DNA of 11,588 bases. Origin: Candidatus Sigynarchaeum calidifontis (lineage in GTDB: Archaea > Asgardarchaeota > Lokiarchaeia > Sigyniarchaeales > Sigyniarchaeaceae). The DNA lies in NCBI GenBank assembly GCA_030587475.2, contig JAUQYZ020000248.1:1-11588 (forward strand), read 5' to 3'. Positions within the stretch are counted from its first letter, which is position 1, and every line of letters starts with the position of its first letter. Below are positions 6,940 to 11,588 of the stretch, piece after piece. Both the position numbers and the translations under genes were made by a program. The notes below the pieces were generated by a model. That model was not told the DNA's origin. It was given only the letters and a program-made list of their open reading frames with translations, and ran no database searches.

Positions 6940-7992
6940 TCACGCGAGTTTCGCGAGCCATTCCTTGCATTTCTGGATCTTGCTTGCCGCTTTCATGAAA
7001 CCCTCCTCGAGCAGCTCCTCTTGCACGAGCTTGGCCTTGTACACGCGATCCCGGGCTTTTTCCTTGTCCCCGCGCTTCTCGAGTTCCTTCGCTTCTTCGA
7101 TGAAAGCCTTGTAGATCTCCTCGAAGTTGCGTGCAAGCCTGGCAACCTCCTCGTCCACGTAATCTTTCATTTCCTCGTCCTGGAGCACGATGCTTGCGAG
7201 AAAAGCGAGGACCTTGTCCATATTCTTGTTTTCCTTGACCGAGACCTCGGTAACGCCGACGTCCCTGCCCGTGATGGAGGCTAGCCCGAGCGCGTTCTTG
7301 ACCGTCTCGATGCTCCGCGCGTCCGGCAGGTCGACCTTGTTGGAAATGACGAGCAAGGGCTTCCCCTTGGCTTCTGGCTTGTCGAGGATCGACCAGAGCG
7401 CCGCTTTCGCCTCGGGGAAACGGCTGGCATCTGCCGCGTCGATCATGAACACGAGCAAGTCGGGATCTGCCCAGTGGTTCATCCACGTGGATCTGAAGGC
7501 GACTTGGCCGCCAAGATCGCTGAATTGAAACTTGATGCGGCCAAGCACGATGCTCGTGACCTCGATGCCAAGCGTTGGCGAGTGCTCAAGGTACTTGCCT
7601 TGTTTCAAGTAATCGAGCAGCGTGGTCTTGCCTGCGCGGTCGAGCCCGAAAACGAATAGCGAGAGTTTCTTCTCGGGTGGGGGCGCGGGTTGCTTGGCTC
7701 CTGGTCGCGGAATGGCTTGGAGCAGCCGTGACAAGATCGATGGCGATTTTTCACCCGCATCCTTCCGGCGTTGCTCCTCCATCTTTTTCCTAGCCTTCGA
7801 GACGAGCTTGTCGACGTTCTTGATATCCTTGCCATTCACGTCGATGCCTTTCTCCGCCATCTCGTCCAGTACCTTGCGCGCGAGGCTATAATTGGACACC
7901 GCGGGATACCACTTGCCCTCAGCCATGCACTCGTCGCCACGCTCCAGGAAATGCTTGTATCCTGCTAAAAAGTGACCCTGGCCCTTGTCCAT
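6940..7992 (-). CDS. Arf/Arl-family small GTPase with N- and C-terminal MIT/TPR-like helical domains (about 350 aa)
   Basis: G1 GLDRAGKTT, G2 PTLG, G3 DLGGQ, interswitch/switch II FRSTWMNHW, FMIDAADASRF, G4 NKVD, G5 SVK. Start placed at ATG 7992 (MDKGQGH), because the extension to 8094 overlaps the upstream gene end and a TATA-like box. Confidence 0.93.
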   Translation of the reverse strand: MDKGQGHFLAGYKHFLERGDECMAEGKWYPAVSNYSLARKVLDEMAEKGIDVNGKDIKNVDKLVSKARKKMEEQRRKDAGEKSPSILSRLLQAIPRPGAKQPAPPPEKKLSLFVFGLDRAGKTTLLDYLKQGKYLEHSPTLGIEVTSIVLGRIKFQFSDLGGQVAFRSTWMNHWADPDLLVFMIDAADASRFPEAKAALWSILDKPEAKGKPLLVISNKVDLPDARSIETVKNALGLASITGRDVGVTEVSVKENKNMDKVLAFLASIVLQDEEMKDYVDEEVARLARNFEEIYKAFIEEAKELEKRGDKEKARDRVYKAKLVQEELLEEGFMKAASKIQKCKEWLAKLA

Positions 7993-8040
7993 GATCGTGT
8001 CGCACCGGAAACGTTTGTCATGTCCCGTTGTGCCCTTGGC

Positions 8041-8055
8041 ATACAAAAAGGTTCG
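8041..8055 (-). promoter_or_regulatory. Candidate BRE/TATA for the Arf GTPase gene
   Basis: Minus strand reads CGAAC-CTTTTTGTAT about 50 nt upstream of ATG 7992. Confidence 0.35.
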
Positions 8056-8086
8056 CAATCCTTTCGATGCGAGAAAAACGTGGATC

Positions 8087-8460
8087 TCAAGCAAACAGCT
8101 CGAAGAAAAAGGCGGCGATACCCACCAGCTCGCAGTCGCCGAATCTCTGCGTATCCTCCTTCACGACAACCCGCGTGCATCCCGATTCATCGATGACATG
8201 GCCAGTCTTCTGCTGGTATGCAAAGAGCAAGATGTCGGCACGACCGAGAACTTTGCTCGCCGTCATGTAACCGTGCGAGCCCGGCTCCTTATCAACATGG
8301 CTTATTTTTCCGTCGTTCGTGATGCCGAACAATATCTCGCCATCTTGTTCCGGATCACATCCGGATCGGCTTTTACAGCCATCTTTTTCTTGCTATCAAG
8401 CAAGCTACCGTCGTCGATGAAACCGAGCACCATGTCGTGTTCGTGGAGAAGTTCAAACAT
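8087..8460 (-). pseudogene. Frameshifted small beta-repeat protein (5-fold beta-flower-like), about 124 aa when repaired
   Basis: AAGGAGG (8474-8468) lies 7 nt upstream of ATG 8460. Frame 0 reads MFELLHEHDMVLGFIDDGSLLDSKKKMAVKADPDVIRNK and stops at 8302. The -1 frame reads DGEILFGITNDGKISHVD...TGHVIDESG...ELVGIAAFFFELFA*. The span is 374 nt, one short of a multiple of 3. Confidence 0.7.
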
Positions 8461-8579
8461 TTGCTTTCCTCCTTGGCAATCTGTCCAACGAGTATTTTTT
8501 AAATGAACATTGGGCCTAATCGCGATCAATATAAGCCACGGGGGCAACTTAAGACGACGACCTACCGAGAAGACACGTG

Positions 8580-9368
8580 ATGGCAAATTATCTCGAGATG
8601 GATCCGGGATCATTCCCAATCTTGCCGACTTACATAGGGGTGGCGATAATCTGCGCCGCGATCACGGCCATGTTGTTCAAGCGGTGGCGCGAGCGGCGCA
8701 CGAGGGCGCCGGCGCTCTTGTTTCTCGCGTTTACTTCCTATCTCTCATGCATCATCGTCCTCGCCGCCGGTTTCACGGAGGTCGTCGTCACGGGATACAA
8801 GATGGAGCTATACAAATTCTCGCTGGCGTACGCGTATGCTGGCTTCATGGTCGCGCACGTTTTCTACATCACGTTCGCCTGGGAGCTGTTCTCCCTGGAA
8901 AACCGCAGTGCCCGAGGATACATCACCGCGTGCATCGCGGTCGCCGTGCTCGCGGCATTGCCGTGGAATCACTACGGCCAGAGCCAGTCGATGTACTCGG
9001 ATTTTAATCTCCGCCCGTACTCGACCGTGGCAATATTGCTACTCACGCTCGTGGTCGGGACTCGCATCGCATATCAAGCATTCAAGGTGAGCAAGCACGT
9101 GGAAGATCCGGTCGGGAAAGCCGGCTTCGCCTTCATCGGCTGGTCCCAAGTGTTGATGATCGTTTTTTTCGCGTGCATGGGCATCGACATCGTCGTCGTT
9201 GGGCTCACGGAATCCCAGGGATACACGCCGTTCAACTTCATCGGGTGGTCGGCAGCCGTGCTGCTGTTCATCTTTTCCTACATCGGCTTGATCATGCCTG
9301 CCTGGGTGAAGCGACGCATCGCCGAGCACGCGCTTGCAAGCGGGACACGCGAGGTCGACCGTGCATGA
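8580..9368 (+). CDS. Seven-transmembrane protein of unknown function (Asgard-type 7TM / HisKA_7TM-like), 262 aa
   Basis: Seven hydrophobic segments, a basic loop after TM1 (KRWRERRTR), and a C-terminal YIGLIMPAWVKRR motif. No TM7 lysine. Confidence 0.88.
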   Translation: MANYLEMDPGSFPILPTYIGVAIICAAITAMLFKRWRERRTRAPALLFLAFTSYLSCIIVLAAGFTEVVVTGYKMELYKFSLAYAYAGFMVAHVFYITFAWELFSLENRSARGYITACIAVAVLAALPWNHYGQSQSMYSDFNLRPYSTVAILLLTLVVGTRIAYQAFKVSKHVEDPVGKAGFAFIGWSQVLMIVFFACMGIDIVVVGLTESQGYTPFNFIGWSAAVLLFIFSYIGLIMPAWVKRRIAEHALASGTREVDRA

Positions 9369-10093
9369 ACGTGATCGTTTTCTCGCCACACCAGGACGAC
9401 GAGGCCTTCGCGTGCGGAGGTGTCATCGCCCGTCACGTTCAAGAGGGGGACGACGTGACCATCGTGTTCATGACCGATGGCCGCCTCGGCTTCAACGACG
9501 CGATAAAGGGAAAATACACGGAAGACGAGCTCGCCGCCTTGCGGCACGATGAAGCCCTCGCGGCGGCCAAGGTAATGGGAGTCCTAGCGAGCCGTGTCGA
9601 GTTCCTCGGGTACCGGGACCAGGACCTGGGAAACCCCGCGCACCATGTCGAGGCGGTCGCCAGGATACGATCATTGCTCGCCAAGTCGATGCCGGCCATC
9701 GTCTACCTCGCCATCACCAACTACGGCCACGTCGACCACCTCGCCACGTACTTTCTCGTGTTCGAGGCCCTCGAAGCGATGCGATTCGCGGGCGAGGTGC
9801 GGGTGAGCGTCCCGGTTCCTTTCATCGGCAAGAACCGGCCCGCGCCTGCTGCGCTGGCGGGGCAGTTTGCCCGCGTGAACGAGGCATTTCCCGTTGCGGC
9901 GGAAATCAAGGTGGACATCGCCGCGTCGATGGGCAAAAAAATCGCTGCAATAAAGGCACACGAATCGCAAATGGGCATGTTCGCGAATCTTGTGGATCCA
10001 GCCGACGACTTTGATGTCGTTGCGGAGGAAATATTCAACGACGTGTACAAGGACAAGGTCGAGACCTTCGAGAGCCGATTTCTAGCCCGATGA
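9365..10093 (+). CDS. PIG-L / LmbE family N-acetylglucosaminyl deacetylase (242 aa)
   Basis: MNVIVFSPHQDDEAFACGG (PHxDDE), VFMTDG, RHDEALAAAKVMG, GHVDH (HxDH), KIAAIKAHESQ. ATG 9365 overlaps the upstream stop (ATGA); GAGGT at 9351-9355. Confidence 0.94.
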   Translation: MNVIVFSPHQDDEAFACGGVIARHVQEGDDVTIVFMTDGRLGFNDAIKGKYTEDELAALRHDEALAAAKVMGVLASRVEFLGYRDQDLGNPAHHVEAVARIRSLLAKSMPAIVYLAITNYGHVDHLATYFLVFEALEAMRFAGEVRVSVPVPFIGKNRPAPAALAGQFARVNEAFPVAAEIKVDIAASMGKKIAAIKAHESQMGMFANLVDPADDFDVVAEEIFNDVYKDKVETFESRFLAR

Positions 10094-10198
10094 GAGAAAT
10101 CGCTGGTCTCGACTCAGCAACGGTCAGTTCGCTACGATTTGCAATTGTTAGGGCAATCATGATGTAGGATCATCGAATTGATTATCCAAATTGCGTGA

Positions 10199-10243
10199 AT
10201 CAAAAAGGATGTGAAAATAAAACGAAAAGTGCAAATAAATCAT
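10199..10243 (-). terminator. T-rich archaeal-type terminator region downstream of the orphan ORF
   Basis: Directly after TAA 10244 the minus strand reads ATGATTTATTTGCACTTTTCGTTTTATTTTCACATCCTTTTTGAT, with several oligo-T runs. Confidence 0.45.
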
Positions 10244-10558
10244 TTACAAGGACATCGTGCGGAGCATGCGGGAATTCGCCGTGCGATACAGGGCGGAAAC
10301 CAGGCCGTTGTGGTTTCTCTCGGCCGTTTGCTCGAGCCGATCGAGAAAGCTAGATAGCTTGGAGAAGTCGGCGAAATATTGCAAGACACCATTTGCAACG
10401 ATCTTGACGCCGGGAACGCCTGGCTCGATGTATGCATAGATGCCGCCATATTTCGGCGAGTGTTTGCAATAACAAACCTGGTTCGAATCCGCTTTAAGCC
10501 GCCAGAAGCCGTGCTCCTTGCGAAGGTATTTTCCGAACATTCCAACAGAGTTGCTCAT
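10244..10558 (-). CDS. Hypothetical protein (about 104 aa)
   Basis: MSNSVGMFGKYLRKEHGFWRLK...GGIYAYIEPGVPGVKIVANGVLQYFADFSKLSSFLDRLE has a globular alpha/beta pattern, a purine-rich leader (AAAGGATGCGTGAAAAACAC-ATG) and a downstream T tract. The start could be further upstream, up to 10693. Confidence 0.6.
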   Translation of the reverse strand: MSNSVGMFGKYLRKEHGFWRLKADSNQVCYCKHSPKYGGIYAYIEPGVPGVKIVANGVLQYFADFSKLSSFLDRLEQTAERNHNGLVSALYRTANSRMLRTMSL

Positions 10559-10778
10559 GTGTTTTTCACGCATCCTTTGCCTTTGATAGTGATATTGCTT
10601 GCATCCGAGGAACACTATATTATCCTCATATTTCGAGGTGAATATCACCGGTATGTTACCGGGAATTTCGCGCATCCTGGTCCCAGCATCCATCGCTGCG
10701 ATGGGCGGATGTCATCGAGATATTTCTCGCCATTCGCCAAGATGGAAGTTTGTGGGATGGATCCACATAACATCTGGG

Positions 10779-10798
10779 ATATATTTAAAGAGTTTCTG
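10779..10798 (-). promoter_or_regulatory. Candidate BRE/TATA box (CAGAAACT-CTTTAAATATAT)
   Basis: Good match to archaeal TTTAAATA on the minus strand. The plus strand also reads ATATATTTAAAG, so orientation is uncertain. Confidence 0.35.
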
Positions 10799-10991
10799 GA
10801 CAAGGCTTAACGAGCCAGTCAAATGGCATCCGGGCACCCTTGTTTCGAGTGGAAAATGACCCCTTGAAATGAGATCTAAAGCCTCCTCGGCACAACGCGA
10901 CCCGCGGATGCATCGAAGATTCAATGGCTGCATTGGTTCATTTCATAAAACGTGGAGCATCAATCACCGGCGTGGAAACATTTCGTCCCTA

Positions 10992-11423
10992 TCATTCATC
11001 GATGCTACATGCAAAGGGGTTTTCCTTGCGCTTGAGCTTGGCAAAGAGATTCACGATAAACGTGTTAAGCGGTGCCAGCTTTTCATTGTTCATTACCTTC
11101 GCCGTCACCACGTCCGCATACTTGGCCTTGACCTCATCGTACAGCGCGTCCACGATCCGTGCTATCTGTTCCTGATCCTCGTAAAGGTCGTGGATGACGA
11201 GAAAAGTCACGTTGTGGCCGCCGATGTCGTGTGGTTCGATGAATAAATGCGTGTTGGAGAACACGATGTCGCATAACTCGTTGTTCGGGAAGAGCTCGCA
11301 TCCAAATTGATTGATGGCGGTCACGAAACCCGAAACCAGGTCAGAGTTGATCTCGCAGCGGTCGAACCGGGCCTCGTAGGCGAGCAGCCCGCTCTCGTTG
11401 TAGATCATGATGGAGATGATCAT
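10992..11423 (-). CDS. Stand-alone longin-like domain protein (143 aa)
   Basis: Beta-beta-alpha-beta-beta-beta-alpha-alpha pattern: MIISIMIYNESGLLAYEARF / DLVSGFVTAINQFGCELF / DIVFSNTHLFIE / VTFLVIHD / two helices. This resembles sigma-adaptin/TRAPP-type longins and the Asgard longin expansion. Confidence 0.85.
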   Translation of the reverse strand: MIISIMIYNESGLLAYEARFDRCEINSDLVSGFVTAINQFGCELFPNNELCDIVFSNTHLFIEPHDIGGHNVTFLVIHDLYEDQEQIARIVDALYDEVKAKYADVVTAKVMNNEKLAPLNTFIVNLFAKLKRKENPFACSIDE

Positions 11424-11572
11424 AGCTCCTTCTACGGCGAAGGGGTATTAAGCCTTTTTTATGGCTCGAAAAATGGTTTGATTTTATCGTGAACGGAGCC
11501 ATGGGATCTCGATGCTTTGATAAACGCATCGGATCCATGCAATAGCCAAATGACAAGAGGCCCGCGTGAATA

Positions 11573-11588
11573 GATGGATGGATGGATG
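11573..11588 (+). repeat. (GATG)x4 at window edge
   Basis: GATGGATGGATGGATG. It may be the start of the next gene or a microsatellite cut by the window end. Confidence 0.4.

Noticed and set aside
7993-8094. Longer N-terminus of the Arf GTPase
   Set aside because: Overlaps the upstream gene's stop and contains a BRE/TATA-like element; not excluded absolutely.
8349-8395. Programmed -1 frameshift at G-AAA-AAG with hairpin TCCGGAT-GTG-ATCCGGA
   Set aside because: The heptamer is imperfect, the hairpin is about 17 nt away, and shifting there would destroy the repeat unit DVIRNKDGE. A simple indel fits better.
9173-9364. N-terminal extension of the deacetylase given in the ORF track
   Set aside because: Overlaps the 7TM gene; the PIG-L domain begins at ATG 9365 with an SD and an ATGA overlap.
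8580-9368. Microbial rhodopsin
   Set aside because: No retinal-binding lysine (DxxxK/SxxxK) in TM7.
10379-11246. Plus-strand ORFs 10379-10810 and 10869-11246
   Set aside because: Antisense to better-supported minus-strand genes; no motifs.
1-11588. CRISPR array, tRNA/rRNA, transposase or integrase
   Set aside because: No spaced direct repeats, cloverleaf or rRNA signatures, or recombinase motifs were seen by eye.

Overview
Gene-dense, probably chromosomal window from an archaeon, most likely Asgard (Lokiarchaeia-like). That assignment is an inference from a stand-alone longin-like protein, an Arf-family small GTPase, a Loki-type 7TM protein, GGTGA/GAGGT ribosome-binding sites and TATA-like boxes. 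Contents in order: alpha/beta hydrolase (minus, runs off the left edge, absent from the ORF track); long coiled-coil protein with two C-terminal TM helices; extended APC amino-acid permease; eRF1/Pelota domain 2+3 protein apparently starting at a non-canonical ATA; YwbE; a structured intergenic region; a winged-helix/VIT1-CCC1 fusion; a SET methyltransferase; an Arf GTPase flanked by two related MIT/TPR-like helical domains; a frameshifted beta-repeat gene; a 7TM protein coupled to a PIG-L deacetylase; a small orphan ORF flanked by complementary sequences; and a longin-like protein. No rRNA, tRNA, CRISPR array or transposase was recognised. All family calls come from motif recognition by eye, not from database searches.
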